In this document: positions 35,653 to 48,400 of the stretch, piece after piece
Position numbering within the stretch: position 1 is the first letter of the stretch
How the letters are laid out: each line of letters opens with the position of its first letter
Assembly (NCBI GenBank): GCA_000146045.2
Contig: BK006941.2
Location: 1-64,000 of the forward strand
Source of the DNA: TPA_inf: Saccharomyces
Lineage: Eukaryota
DNA: 64,000 nt
Reading direction: 5' to 3'
The notes under the pieces: generated by a model
Databases searched by the model: none
Seen by the model: only the letters and a program-made list of their open reading frames with translations
What the model was told of the DNA's origin: nothing
Program-made: the position numbers and the translations under genes

Positions 35653-36762
35653 ATGGTTGTATTCGAAATAACTATACTTGGGGCCAATGGAGGACCCACC
35701 GAATACGGAACACAGTGTTTTATACTTAAGCCTGCTAGAACAGAGGATCCAGAATTAATAGCTGTAGACGGTGGTGCAGGAATGTACCAGCTACGGGAGA
35801 TGTTGGTCCAAGGGCGAAATGAAAATGAAGGTGATGATGAGCTTGTTCCAAGCTTTTATGAACATGATCGAGAGCCAATAGAGTTTTTTATTGATTCCAA
35901 ACTGAACATACAAAAGGGATTATCCAAGTCCTTGCTACAATCATTAAAGAGGCAGGGAGAGCATTTTGAAAGCGCCAATACAATGAAGAAAACTTACGAG
36001 GTTTTCCAAGGAATTACCGACTACTACATTACCCATCCCCATCTGGACCATATTAGTGGGCTGGTAGTAAACTCCCCCTCAATATATGAGCAGGAAAACA
36101 GTAAAAAGAAAACTATTTGGGGATTACCGCATACTATTGACGTTTTGCAAAAGCATGTCTTTAATGACTTAATATGGCCAGATTTAACGGCAGAACGTTC
36201 AAGAAAATTGAAGCTAAAATGCTTGAATCCGAAGGAAGTTCAAAAGTGCACTATCTTTCCTTGGGATGTAATACCGTTCAAAGTTCATCATGGGATAGGC
36301 GTCAAGACTGGCGCGCCGGTATACAGCACCTTCTATATCTTCAGAGACAGGAAAAGCAAAGACTGTATAATAGTTTGCGGAGATGTTGAGCAGGACCGCA
36401 GAGAATCTGAAGAATCTCTACTTGAAGAATTTTGGTCTTACGTTGCTGAAAATATACCGCTTGTGCATCTCAAGGGTATATTAGTCGAATGTTCATGCCC
36501 ATTATCTTCCAAGCCCGAGCAATTGTATGGTCATCTATCTCCAATATATTTAATCAACGAATTATCCAATTTGAACACTTTATACAACAGTAGTAAGGGA
36601 TTAAGCGGTTTGAATGTTATCGTTACTCACGTTAAGTCAACACCTGCTAAAAGAGACCCAAGACTAACCATACTCGAAGAGTTACGATTTTTAGCTGAGG
36701 AGAGGAACTTAGGAGACTTGAGAATATCTATTGCGCTAGAAGGCCACACTTTGTTTCTATAA
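35653..36762 (+). CDS. PDE1: Low-affinity cAMP phosphodiesterase (class II PDE), 369 aa
   Basis: Contains the class II PDE signature HxHLDHxxG as THPHLDHISGLV. The length of 369 aa matches PDE1. Confidence 0.8.
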   Translation: MVVFEITILGANGGPTEYGTQCFILKPARTEDPELIAVDGGAGMYQLREMLVQGRNENEGDDELVPSFYEHDREPIEFFIDSKLNIQKGLSKSLLQSLKRQGEHFESANTMKKTYEVFQGITDYYITHPHLDHISGLVVNSPSIYEQENSKKKTIWGLPHTIDVLQKHVFNDLIWPDLTAERSRKLKLKCLNPKEVQKCTIFPWDVIPFKVHHGIGVKTGAPVYSTFYIFRDRKSKDCIIVCGDVEQDRRESEESLLEEFWSYVAENIPLVHLKGILVECSCPLSSKPEQLYGHLSPIYLINELSNLNTLYNSSKGLSGLNVIVTHVKSTPAKRDPRLTILEELRFLAEERNLGDLRISIALEGHTLFL

Positions 36763-36932
36763 TGTACACAACGTCAATAACATAATACTACGTAGATGAA
36801 AAGCGGAAAAATTCATTACCCGGGAGCAAGCAAAATACTAGTAGTAACTAATGAAACTTCTTTCCATTATTATTGATGAGTTAACTTATGTAGACTCATC
36901 TTTGAATCCCCTATCCCAACATAAGTCCCGGA

Positions 36933-37526
36933 ATGGAACTCCGTAGTTTTTCTAGACAGCCTGATGGCATACTTGCTAACCCAAGATTGGGAAGGGAGGA
37001 AGTATTGGAAGGTGAACATCCGCAAGATGCTAGATTAGCCCGACAAAGCATTTGGTTGAGCCCAAGTTTAATTGCGGAGTATATACAGCTTTTTTTCAAT
37101 TTTATTATAGGAACTATAGGACTGTCTCTTGCTATTAAATTCATTTTGATGATAAGAAACGATGTTAACTTAAAACTGGAGCATAACGTGAGGGAAGAAT
37201 TAGATAAAATTGCAACTTGCAAATCAAGGTATTTTGAAAACCAGTGCGAACCTCATATGAGGGTTCCAGCATTGGAGGTACGTTGCAATGAATGGTCAAA
37301 ATGTATGAACAAGGAAATAGTGTCTGGCTCCGATTACCAATGGGCTAAAGCATGGGCTCGTACTCTGGCGGAGGTAATAAATGCTTTTTTTGAAGCGTTC
37401 AGTATACGATCTTTCCTTTTCATTTTAATTAGCATAATAGGTATAATATTTGTTACCAATACGAGTTTCGGATCATACAGGGTTTATCTCAATAATAAAG
37501 ATACAAAATCGGTTCGCCATGCATAG
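36933..37526 (+). CDS. BRR6: Nuclear-envelope integral membrane protein (Brr6/Brl1 family), 197 aa
   Basis: 197-aa protein with transmembrane segments and the conserved cysteines CKSRYFENQCEPHMRVPALEVRCNEWSKC. Confidence 0.65.
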   Translation: MELRSFSRQPDGILANPRLGREEVLEGEHPQDARLARQSIWLSPSLIAEYIQLFFNFIIGTIGLSLAIKFILMIRNDVNLKLEHNVREELDKIATCKSRYFENQCEPHMRVPALEVRCNEWSKCMNKEIVSGSDYQWAKAWARTLAEVINAFFEAFSIRSFLFILISIIGIIFVTNTSFGSYRVYLNNKDTKSVRHA

Positions 37527-37616
37527 TGTATATAACTTAATCTAATCTGCACATTTATATTATTTAGATCCATACGTCGATGAGGATATGCGCAGGAAAG
37601 ACATAAAGGAATATTG

Positions 37617-38780
37617 TTATTTCAAAGATTTTCTCCACTCCTTAAACCCGTTCGATAATATATGTTCTCCATCAATCAAACCTGAATATTCCTCATCACT
37701 TTCTTCAATTTCGGATAATCTTAGGTGATTATTTTCGAAAACCAACTTAAATGCTCTTATTTGAGAATGAGGATCCTCATCTCTTGGTATCATTTTCAAA
37801 AGCCACTCAGTAAGGAGACCATACCATTTAATGGCTTCTAAACATGCACTTCCAACTTGTGGATTATTGTTCTTTAATAAAACAGGTACTTCCTCCGTTG
37901 AAAACTCTTCCACAGTTTTTAATACATAATGGTCGTCTTTAAAACCATATATGATCCTTGGGATCCCAACTAAGAAGCATTGCAGCCAGGTCCGGAACAG
38001 TTTACGCTCAAACTTATGCGTATCCGATATGTTCGCAACTTGCTGCGTACATTTCAATTCGGCATAATGTTTTAAATTGTCTCTACCGTTTTCTTTAAAG
38101 TCAAATATACAATCCACCTCAGCACCAAGAATTAACTTGCAGTTACCTACACCAGTTCTCACAACACTAATGTATTCATCTCCATGCGATACAATCCTTT
38201 TAGTTCTTTTTTCTATCACTTCACGGGGTGTATACTGCAACGGATTGGAAAGAGTAGCCAAAGTTTCAAACTTGTACCCTGTAAATACATTCAGATCTTG
38301 ATTTATATTACGCCCTGCTTCAGTTGCAGAGGAAGCCTTAGCTGCATTGACAGCTTCAGGCACTTCCTTGATAAAAAGTTGGCCGTTGAATGAAACGATA
38401 CGAAGATCAACTGTATTAAAAGATGGAGAGTCAAATGCACATGAAATTAATTTCCGTGCTATTCCTCTAAAAGTAATTATATCAGCATTAATTTTTTTTC
38501 CTTTATGTCTTTCAGAGCTTTCTATGGTTTCTAATAGCCCACGCAGGGAACACCTGTCTTCAAAATCTTTGTAATAATCCTTAAATTTCTGAAATCCTGA
38601 TGAAAGATCCAACTTCCTGTCCAATTCAGCGTCTGGAAGATAGTAGTAATTCAAATTCGTATCATCGCTAATTAAATATTCTTCATCCTTAGTTCTTGAA
38701 TAGAATCCTATTTCCTTTGGCTGCTTCAGAGCTGTTGTCGACCCTCTTTGCTTTACGAACAAATTTGCACTAACACCCAT
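37617..38780 (-). CDS. RAI1: Rai1/Dom3Z-family decapping and pyrophosphohydrolase, Rat1 partner, 387 aa
   Basis: 387-aa ORF on the minus strand at the expected position. ATG confirmed as cat at 38778-38780. Confidence 0.7.
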   Translation of the reverse strand: MGVSANLFVKQRGSTTALKQPKEIGFYSRTKDEEYLISDDTNLNYYYLPDAELDRKLDLSSGFQKFKDYYKDFEDRCSLRGLLETIESSERHKGKKINADIITFRGIARKLISCAFDSPSFNTVDLRIVSFNGQLFIKEVPEAVNAAKASSATEAGRNINQDLNVFTGYKFETLATLSNPLQYTPREVIEKRTKRIVSHGDEYISVVRTGVGNCKLILGAEVDCIFDFKENGRDNLKHYAELKCTQQVANISDTHKFERKLFRTWLQCFLVGIPRIIYGFKDDHYVLKTVEEFSTEEVPVLLKNNNPQVGSACLEAIKWYGLLTEWLLKMIPRDEDPHSQIRAFKLVFENNHLRLSEIEESDEEYSGLIDGEHILSNGFKEWRKSLK

Positions 38781-39022
38781 TGGGATACACTATGTTGGTC
38801 TAATATTTCGCTATTCTTTCACCATATTACAGAAGTATTAGTAACATTACCAGACCTCATCTGTTCCTAATATTCTCGAAGTAAATTTTTCAATTTACCC
38901 GAATGCTTACTCTTTTTTTCTTCTTCGTTAAAAGCAAGATAAAGTGAAAAAAATGGAAGATAACTTCCATAAGAATGACGAAACTATTTTCAAAGGTTAA
39001 GGAAAGCATAGAAGGGATCAAG

Positions 39023-41149
39023 ATGCCATCTACCTTGACTATTAATGGAAAAGCCCCAATTGTGGCTTATGCTGAACTAATTGCTGCTCGTATTGTGAAT
39101 GCGTTAGCTCCTAACTCCATAGCTATTAAGTTGGTGGACGATAAGAAAGCACCTGCTGCCAAGCTCGATGATGCTACTGAAGATGTCTTCAACAAGATAA
39201 CTAGCAAATTCGCCGCCATCTTCGATAATGGTGATAAAGAGCAAGTTGCTAAATGGGTTAATCTGGCCCAAAAGGAATTAGTTATCAAGAACTTTGCTAA
39301 ATTATCACAATCATTGGAAACACTAGATTCTCAATTGAACCTAAGAACCTTTATTCTTGGCGGCTTGAAGTATTCTGCCGCTGATGTAGCATGTTGGGGT
39401 GCTTTAAGATCCAATGGTATGTGCGGTTCCATCATCAAGAACAAGGTTGATGTTAACGTTTCTCGTTGGTACACTTTGTTAGAAATGGATCCCATCTTCG
39501 GCGAAGCTCACGATTTCTTGAGCAAATCTTTACTAGAATTAAAGAAAAGTGCTAATGTGGGTAAGAAGAAGGAAACTCACAAGGCTAACTTTGAAATTGA
39601 TTTGCCAGATGCCAAAATGGGTGAAGTCGTCACTCGTTTCCCACCTGAACCTTCTGGATACTTACATATTGGACATGCCAAAGCTGCCTTGTTGAACCAA
39701 TATTTTGCTCAAGCTTACAAGGGTAAGTTGATTATTAGATTCGATGACACCAACCCATCGAAGGAAAAGGAAGAATTCCAAGACTCTATTTTGGAAGATT
39801 TGGATTTATTAGGAATCAAGGGTGATAGAATAACCTACTCATCTGACTACTTCCAAGAAATGTACGACTACTGTGTTCAAATGATCAAGGATGGTAAAGC
39901 TTACTGTGACGACACTCCAACTGAAAAGATGAGAGAAGAACGTATGGATGGTGTTGCTTCTGCCAGAAGAGATCGTTCTGTTGAAGAGAACTTAAGAATT
40001 TTTACCGAAGAAATGAAAAACGGTACTGAAGAAGGTTTGAAGAACTGTGTTCGTGCCAAGATCGATTACAAGGCTTTGAACAAGACTCTAAGAGATCCTG
40101 TCATTTACAGATGTAATCTAACCCCTCACCACAGAACCGGATCAACTTGGAAGATCTACCCAACTTATGATTTCTGTGTCCCAATTGTTGATGCTATTGA
40201 AGGTGTTACCCACGCTTTACGTACCATTGAATATAGAGACCGTAACGCTCAATATGATTGGATGTTACAAGCTTTGCGTTTGAGAAAAGTCCATATTTGG
40301 GATTTCGCTCGTATCAATTTCGTTAGAACCTTGTTGTCTAAGAGAAAGTTACAATGGATGGTTGACAAGGACTTGGTCGGAAATTGGGACGATCCAAGGT
40401 TCCCAACTGTCAGGGGTGTGAGAAGAAGAGGTATGACTGTCGAAGGTTTGAGGAACTTCGTCTTATCCCAAGGTCCATCCAGAAATGTCATTAACTTGGA
40501 ATGGAACTTGATCTGGGCTTTCAACAAGAAGGTCATTGATCCAATTGCTCCAAGACACACTGCTATCGTCAACCCAGTTAAAATCCACTTGGAAGGCTCC
40601 GAAGCTCCACAAGAACCAAAGATTGAAATGAAACCAAAACACAAGAAAAACCCAGCTGTGGGCGAAAAGAAAGTCATTTACTACAAAGACATTGTTGTCG
40701 ACAAAGATGATGCTGACGTCATCAATGTTGATGAAGAAGTCACTTTAATGGACTGGGGTAATGTCATTATTACTAAAAAGAATGACGATGGTTCTATGGT
40801 TGCCAAATTGAATTTGGAAGGTGATTTCAAAAAGACCAAGCACAAGTTGACTTGGTTAGCTGATACTAAAGATGTCGTCCCTGTTGATTTAGTTGACTTC
40901 GACCATTTGATTACCAAGGACAGATTGGAAGAAGACGAAAGTTTCGAAGATTTCTTGACTCCTCAAACAGAATTCCACACGGATGCCATTGCTGACTTGA
41001 ATGTTAAGGATATGAAGATTGGTGATATCATCCAATTCGAAAGAAAGGGCTACTACAGATTGGATGCTTTACCCAAGGATGGTAAGCCATATGTCTTTTT
41101 TACCATCCCAGATGGTAAATCTGTCAACAAGTATGGTGCAAAGAAATAA
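39023..41149 (+). CDS. GUS1: Cytoplasmic glutamyl-tRNA synthetase, 708 aa
   Basis: N-terminal GST-like domain followed by a class I core with the HIGH motif (PSGYLHIGHAKAA). The annotated-style start is MPSTLTING at 39023. The track ORF begins 16 codons upstream at another in-frame ATG (38975). Confidence 0.9.
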   Translation: MPSTLTINGKAPIVAYAELIAARIVNALAPNSIAIKLVDDKKAPAAKLDDATEDVFNKITSKFAAIFDNGDKEQVAKWVNLAQKELVIKNFAKLSQSLETLDSQLNLRTFILGGLKYSAADVACWGALRSNGMCGSIIKNKVDVNVSRWYTLLEMDPIFGEAHDFLSKSLLELKKSANVGKKKETHKANFEIDLPDAKMGEVVTRFPPEPSGYLHIGHAKAALLNQYFAQAYKGKLIIRFDDTNPSKEKEEFQDSILEDLDLLGIKGDRITYSSDYFQEMYDYCVQMIKDGKAYCDDTPTEKMREERMDGVASARRDRSVEENLRIFTEEMKNGTEEGLKNCVRAKIDYKALNKTLRDPVIYRCNLTPHHRTGSTWKIYPTYDFCVPIVDAIEGVTHALRTIEYRDRNAQYDWMLQALRLRKVHIWDFARINFVRTLLSKRKLQWMVDKDLVGNWDDPRFPTVRGVRRRGMTVEGLRNFVLSQGPSRNVINLEWNLIWAFNKKVIDPIAPRHTAIVNPVKIHLEGSEAPQEPKIEMKPKHKKNPAVGEKKVIYYKDIVVDKDDADVINVDEEVTLMDWGNVIITKKNDDGSMVAKLNLEGDFKKTKHKLTWLADTKDVVPVDLVDFDHLITKDRLEEDESFEDFLTPQTEFHTDAIADLNVKDMKIGDIIQFERKGYYRLDALPKDGKPYVFFTIPDGKSVNKYGAKK

Positions 41150-41497
41150 GCATCACATAAGTAATGTATATACATATTTATGTTATTTCTCAACCAGTAC
41201 CTTTTGAACAATATCTTTTATAAGTGAATGGTTTGCTTTCTGAACCAGTCCTGTGTTCGCTGCCTTGAATCATGTAAGGATAGCAGCTTATGACATGTAT
41301 GTCTACCTATAGAACTTTGACTGTAAAAGTTTATCATCCATTACCCGGTTTTGTAATTTTGACAATTTATATTTTATTGAAATTGGTTCAAATAGTGACT
41401 ACGAGCTGGAAGGAAAATATTCAAAGTTACAAAAGGTACTTGAAGGATACCAAAGTTTGTAATTGTATTGCACTAATTTGTTGAGAGCACTATAGAA

Positions 41498-43174
41498 ATG
41501 TCTGATTTAGATGAGGATTTATTAGCCTTGGCTGGTGCCGATGAATCCGAAGAAGAAGATCAAGTTTTGACAACTACATCTGCCAAAAGGGCAAAAAACA
41601 ACGACCAATCTCTTTCCAAGAAAAGGAGAATTGAAGTCGGCAGTGTAGAGGATGATGATGAGGAGGACGATTATAACCCTTACTCTGTAGGAAATGCAGA
41701 CTACGGTTCCGAAGAAGAAGAAGAAGCTAATCCTTTTCCCTTGGAAGGAAAGTACAAGGATGAGAGCGACAGAGAGCACCTGGAATCCTTACCTGAAATG
41801 GAACGTGAGACTCTATTATTTGAAAGATCTCAAATCATGCAGAAGTACCAGGAGAGGAAACTTTTTAGAGCACGTGGAAGAGATATGAAGGAACAACAAC
41901 AGAGAGCCAAGAACGACGAAGATTCCAGAAAGACCAGAGCTTCCACTAGATCAACCCATGCTACTGGGCATTCTGATATCAAGGCTTCAAAACTTTCGCA
42001 ATTAAAGAAACAAAGAGCGAGGAAAAACCGTCACTACAGCGATAATGAAGACGAAGACGATGAGGAAGATTACAGGGAAGAAGACTACAAGGACGATGAA
42101 GGGAGTGAATACGGGGATGATGAAGAATACAATCCTTTTGATAGAAGGGATACATACGACAAAAGAGAAGAAGTGGAGTGGGCTGAAGAGGAGGACGAGC
42201 AAGACAGAGAGCCTGAGATTTCTGATTTCAACAAACTAAGGATCGGTCGTTCATTTGTCGCAAAATTTTGTTTTTATCCCGGGTTTGAAGATGCAGTCAA
42301 AGGTTGTTATGGGAGAGTCAATGTTGGCACAGATAAACGTACCGGCAAAACTTCTTACCGTATGGTGAGAATTGAGAGAGTTTTCTTGCAAAAACCTTAC
42401 AATATGGGTAAGTTCTATACTAACCAGTATTTCGGTGTTACCCAAGGTAAAGACAGAAAGGTTTTTCAAATGAATTATTTTAGTGATGGTTTGTTTGCCG
42501 AAGACGAATACCAAAGGTATCTCAGGGCATTGGATAATTCGCAAATGATTAAACCTTCTTTACATTCTTTGAGTAACAAAACGAAAGAGGTTATGGATTT
42601 TGTCAATACACCATTGACTGATAAAACTACAGATGAGGTTGTTCGCCATAGGATGCAATTCAATAAAAAACTATCTGGTACGAATGCAGTCTTGGAGAAA
42701 ACTGTATTGAGAGAAAAATTGCAATATGCCAAGGAGACTAATAATGAAAAGGACATTGCAAAATACTCTGCTCAGTTAAGAAACTTTGAGAAACGAATGT
42801 CTGTATACGAGAAGCATCATGAAAATGACCAATCTGACATTAAAAAACTAGGCGAGTTGACCTCTAAGAATAGAAAATTGAATATGAGTAACATCAGAAA
42901 TGCAGAGCATGTGAAAAAAGAAGACAGTAATAACTTTGATTCAAAGAGCGATCCTTTCAGCAGGCTAAAAACCAGGACCAAAGTTTACTATCAGGAGATA
43001 CAAAAGGAAGAAAACGCAAAAGCTAAAGAAATTGCACAACAAGAGAAGCTACAAGAAGATAAAGATGCTAAAGATAAGCGTGAGAAAGAGCTACTTGTGG
43101 CACAATTCAGGCGCCTTGGTGGGTTGGAGCGCATGGTTGGTGAATTGGATATCAAATTTGACCTTAAGTTTTAG
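41498..43174 (+). CDS. RTF1: Paf1-complex subunit (Plus3 domain), 558 aa
   Basis: 558-aa protein, highly acidic and basic, with the Plus3-like core region [28 protein letters not shown]. Confidence 0.75.
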
Positions 43175-43306
43175 TAGGCAGGACAATTTCAGTGTTTGTA
43201 AAAATATATTTATATTTATATATTTAAATATACTAAATAAAAATAATACTATCATCGTTGTGATGCAAAAAAAAAAAAAAATGAACAGAAAATAATAGTG
43301 ATGTGA

Positions 43307-44509
43307 ATGGTTTCGTGCCAAGGAACAAGGCCATGCATAGTAAACCTTCTCACTATGCCAAGTGAGGATAAATTGGGTGAAGAGATATCAACGAGGGTGA
43401 TTAATGAGTATTCAAAACTAAAATCTGCCTGCAGACCAATAATTAGGCCTTCAGGTATCAGAGAGTGGACAATATTGGCAGGTGTTGCAGCTATTAACAG
43501 AGATGGCGGTGCGAATAAGATAGAGATACTTTCCATAGCTACTGGTGTGAAGGCTTTGCCAGATTCAGAACTACAAAGAAGTGAGGGGAAGATTCTGCAT
43601 GACTGTCATGCAGAAATACTGGCATTACGAGGTGCTAATACAGTTTTATTAAACCGTATTCAAAACTATAATCCATCAAGTGGTGATAAATTCATTCAAC
43701 ATAATGACGAGATACCTGCCAGATTCAATTTAAAGGAAAACTGGGAGTTGGCATTGTACATCTCGAGATTGCCCTGTGGTGATGCCAGCATGAGTTTCCT
43801 GAATGATAATTGCAAAAATGATGATTTCATCAAAATAGAAGATAGCGACGAATTTCAATACGTCGACCGTAGTGTGAAAACAATATTGAGGGGACGCTTG
43901 AATTTCAATAGAAGAAATGTCGTTAGGACTAAACCAGGAAGATATGATTCCAATATCACTTTATCTAAATCCTGTTCTGATAAATTATTAATGAAACAAC
44001 GGTCGTCGGTACTGAATTGTTTAAATTATGAACTCTTTGAAAAACCTGTATTTTTAAAGTACATTGTGATTCCTAATTTAGAAGATGAAACGAAACATCA
44101 TCTAGAGCAATCATTTCACACTCGTCTACCGAATCTAGATAATGAAATTAAATTCCTGAATTGCCTCAAACCATTTTATGATGATAAATTGGATGAGGAG
44201 GATGTTCCTGGTCTAATGTGTAGTGTCAAGCTCTTTATGGATGACTTTAGCACCGAAGAAGCGATTCTTAATGGCGTGAGGAATGGATTTTATACCAAAT
44301 CATCGAAACCACTGAGGAAACACTGTCAATCGCAAGTAAGCCGGTTTGCACAATGGGAACTATTCAAAAAAATAAGACCAGAGTATGAAGGAATAAGCTA
44401 TTTGGAATTTAAATCTCGTCAAAAAAAGAGAAGCCAGTTAATTATCGCAATAAAGAACATTTTATCTCCCGATGGTTGGATACCCACCAGAACGGATGAT
44501 GTGAAGTAA
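43307..44509 (+). CDS. TAD1: tRNA-specific adenosine deaminase (A37 of tRNA-Ala), ADAR-like, 400 aa
   Basis: Deaminase zinc-ligand motifs HDCHAEILALRG and PCGDAS. The length of 400 aa matches TAD1. Confidence 0.75.
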   Translation: MVSCQGTRPCIVNLLTMPSEDKLGEEISTRVINEYSKLKSACRPIIRPSGIREWTILAGVAAINRDGGANKIEILSIATGVKALPDSELQRSEGKILHDCHAEILALRGANTVLLNRIQNYNPSSGDKFIQHNDEIPARFNLKENWELALYISRLPCGDASMSFLNDNCKNDDFIKIEDSDEFQYVDRSVKTILRGRLNFNRRNVVRTKPGRYDSNITLSKSCSDKLLMKQRSSVLNCLNYELFEKPVFLKYIVIPNLEDETKHHLEQSFHTRLPNLDNEIKFLNCLKPFYDDKLDEEDVPGLMCSVKLFMDDFSTEEAILNGVRNGFYTKSSKPLRKHCQSQVSRFAQWELFKKIRPEYEGISYLEFKSRQKKRSQLIIAIKNILSPDGWIPTRTDDVK

Positions 44510-44651
44510 TATATATATATATTGTTGAATATGCGTATATGCACACTTTTTTGTTAGTGCACCTTAAAGAAATATATACACAGTAGAAATATCTATATAT
44601 CCAGAGTTCATCTATCTTTCCCTCTCTGTGGTATTATCATCACATATTTTA

Positions 44652-45197
44652 TCATTTTTTATCATCTTCTTCGTCATCGTCAGATGGACCATCATCTATC
44701 ATTTCCCCATCCTCATTGTTATCACCTGATCCATTGGTACTATCAATCGCTAACTCGGCACCCTGCAAAAGGTCAATTAATTCATCCAGTTCATCACCAT
44801 GAACCAAATCAACTGGCTTTTGATTGTTATAGTTTCTCACCCTAGGATCCGCACCCACTTCAATTAAGTTTCTAGCAATAAAAGTTCCATGCTCAGGCTC
44901 CTCTTGACTGTATCTGACAGTAACATGTAACGGAGTGTCGCCATCAACGTCGTTTTGTGGGTCTATTTCGATTTCACCGTCTTGATCGAGAATCTTGTCG
45001 AGAACTTCCCAGGATCCATACTTACAACATAAATGTAACGCTGTATTCCCCAGTGGTTCTTTGGATTCGTTAATTAGCTTTGCAATCTTCTCAGGATCAT
45101 TATCTAAGCTATCAAATACGGTCTCCAAAAGATCCAGATTGTTTCTTCTAGCTGCATCCAGCAATTGTTCACTTAAAGAAGCACCTTCAGTATTCAT
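44652..45197 (-). CDS. Ankyrin-repeat protein of unknown function, 181 aa (YGL242C)
   Basis: Two ankyrin repeats (GNTALHLCCKYGSWEVLDKIL and GDTPLHVTVRY) and an acidic C-terminus. The first ATG is the third codon of the track ORF. Confidence 0.6.
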   Translation of the reverse strand: MNTEGASLSEQLLDAARRNNLDLLETVFDSLDNDPEKIAKLINESKEPLGNTALHLCCKYGSWEVLDKILDQDGEIEIDPQNDVDGDTPLHVTVRYSQEEPEHGTFIARNLIEVGADPRVRNYNNQKPVDLVHGDELDELIDLLQGAELAIDSTNGSGDNNEDGEMIDDGPSDDDEEDDKK

Positions 45198-45444
45198 GAT
45201 CAAAAAAAGAAACTAATTTATTTTGTGAAAAACTTCGACTTCTTTCACTTATGACTTTTTTCACTGGGATTCAGAAACTACCTCACAGGACCCCTATATA
45301 ATGAATTTATTGTCAACCTTTCTATCAACGCGTTATACCTTGGGTATACTAGGAAAAAAAAAAAAAGATACATATGGATGTATATGACCTGCATACACGA
45401 TCCGAAAATCTTGAACGTAATTGTAACACTATCAACACATTAAA

Positions 45445-48400
45445 ATGGATATTAATGAATTGATAATAGGTGCTCAATCAGCTGATAAACACACTAGAGA
45501 AGTTGCGGAAACGCAATTGTTACAGTGGTGTGATTCCGATGCATCTCAAGTGTTTAAAGCGCTGGCAAACGTTGCCTTACAGCACGAAGCTTCTCTAGAA
45601 TCGAGACAGTTTGCTTTATTGTCGTTAAGAAAATTGATCACCATGTATTGGAGTCCAGGATTTGAATCATACCGTTCTACATCGAACGTCGAAATAGATG
45701 TTAAAGATTTTATCCGAGAAGTGCTACTGAAATTATGCTTAAATGACAATGAAAATACCAAAATAAAAAATGGTGCATCTTACTGTATTGTTCAGATATC
45801 TGCGGTTGATTTTCCTGATCAATGGCCGCAGCTTTTAACAGTTATTTATGATGCTATCTCTCATCAGCATTCATTAAATGCGATGTCTTTATTGAATGAA
45901 ATTTACGATGATGTCGTATCTGAAGAAATGTTCTTTGAAGGCGGAATTGGCTTGGCGACAATGGAGATCGTTTTCAAAGTACTCAATACAGAAACTTCTA
46001 CTTTGATAGCCAAAATTGCTGCTTTGAAGCTACTTAAAGCATGTCTTCTACAAATGAGCTCCCATAATGAGTATGATGAGGCGTCACGAAAAAGTTTTGT
46101 CTCCCAATGTTTAGCTACTTCTTTACAGATATTGGGACAATTGTTGACTTTGAATTTTGGAAACGTAGATGTTATTTCTCAGTTGAAATTTAAATCCATT
46201 ATATACGAGAATTTGGTTTTTATTAAAAATGATTTCTCTAGAAAGCATTTCTCAAGTGAATTACAAAAACAGTTCAAAATAATGGCAATCCAAGATCTGG
46301 AAAACGTTACCCATATAAATGCAAATGTCGAAACTACTGAAAGTGAACCCCTTTTAGAAACAGTTCATGATTGTTCTATTTATATTGTAGAATTTTTGAC
46401 TAGTGTTTGCACTTTGCAATTTAGTGTTGAAGAGATGAACAAAATTATAACATCTTTAACCATTCTTTGTCAGCTAAGTTCTGAGACAAGAGAGATATGG
46501 ACAAGCGATTTCAATACATTTGTATCGAAGGAAACAGGCCTAGCAGCATCATATAATGTTAGAGATCAAGCCAATGAATTTTTTACTTCATTACCCAATC
46601 CTCAACTTTCCCTAATTTTCAAAGTTGTTTCCAACGATATAGAACACAGCACGTGTAATTATTCAACTTTAGAATCTTTACTATATCTCTTACAGTGTAT
46701 TTTGCTTAATGATGATGAGATAACTGGTGAAAATATCGATCAATCTTTGCAAATTTTAATAAAAACGTTAGAAAATATCTTAGTATCACAAGAAATACCA
46801 GAATTAATATTGGCGCGTGCAATTTTGACTATTCCCAGAGTACTAGACAAATTTATAGATGCATTACCTGATATCAAACCCTTGACATCTGCATTCTTGG
46901 CAAAAAGTCTTAATTTGGCGCTAAAATCTGATAAAGAGCTCATTAAATCCGCAACATTAATAGCATTTACGTACTATTGTTATTTTGCCGAACTAGATTC
47001 AGTCCTTGGACCAGAGGTCTGCTCAGAAACCCAGGAAAAAGTAATTCGAATAATCAACCAGGTTAGTAGTGATGCCGAAGAGGACACTAATGGGGCTTTA
47101 ATGGAAGTATTAAGTCAAGTCATTAGCTACAATCCGAAAGAACCTCATTCAAGAAAGGAAATTTTACAGGCTGAATTTCATCTTGTGTTCACGATCTCAT
47201 CCGAGGATCCAGCAAATGTACAGGTCGTTGTACAAAGTCAAGAATGCTTGGAGAAACTATTGGATAATATCAATATGGATAATTACAAAAATTACATTGA
47301 ATTATGTCTCCCATCATTTATTAATGTGCTAGATTCCAACAATGCAAACAATTATAGATACTCACCCCTGCTATCATTAGTCTTGGAATTCATCACAGTT
47401 TTTTTGAAGAAAAAACCCAACGATGGATTTTTACCAGATGAAATAAATCAATACCTATTTGAACCATTAGCAAAAGTATTAGCGTTCTCTACTGAAGATG
47501 AGACCCTACAGTTAGCCACGGAGGCATTCAGCTACCTGATTTTCAACACAGATACACGAGCCATGGAGCCAAGGTTAATGGATATCATGAAGGTTCTAGA
47601 AAGGCTGCTGTCTTTGGAGGTATCGGATTCAGCCGCTATGAACGTCGGTCCATTGGTAGTTGCCATATTCACAAGGTTTTCAAAGGAAATCCAACCGTTA
47701 ATAGGAAGAATTTTGGAAGCCGTTGTGGTAAGGTTAATTAAGACACAAAACATTTCTACTGAGCAAAACCTTCTTTCTGTATTATGCTTCTTAACGTGTA
47801 ATGATCCTAAACAAACGGTGGATTTTTTGTCTAGTTTCCAAATTGACAATACTGATGCTTTGACATTGGTGATGCGAAAATGGATAGAAGCCTTTGAAGT
47901 CATTAGAGGTGAAAAAAGAATCAAAGAAAATATCGTTGCTTTGAGCAACCTTTTCTTCCTGAACGACAAAAGGCTACAGAAAGTGGTTGTCAATGGTAAC
48001 TTGATACCATACGAAGGGGACCTGATCATTACAAGATCAATGGCTAAGAAAATGCCAGACAGGTATGTACAAGTTCCACTTTATACCAAGATCATTAAAT
48101 TGTTTGTTTCTGAGTTAAGCTTCCAAAGTAAACAACCGAATCCAGAACAATTGATCACAAGCGATATTAAGCAAGAAGTGGTAAATGCTAATAAAGATGA
48201 CGACAATGATGATTGGGAAGATGTAGATGATGTACTCGATTACGATAAGTTGAAAGAATATATTGATGATGATGTCGATGAAGAAGCAGACGACGATTCA
48301 GACGATATAACGGGACTCATGGACGTGAAGGAATCTGTTGTTCAGCTACTGGTAAGATTCTTTAAAGAGGTTGCAAGCAAAGATGTGAGTGGCTTCCATT

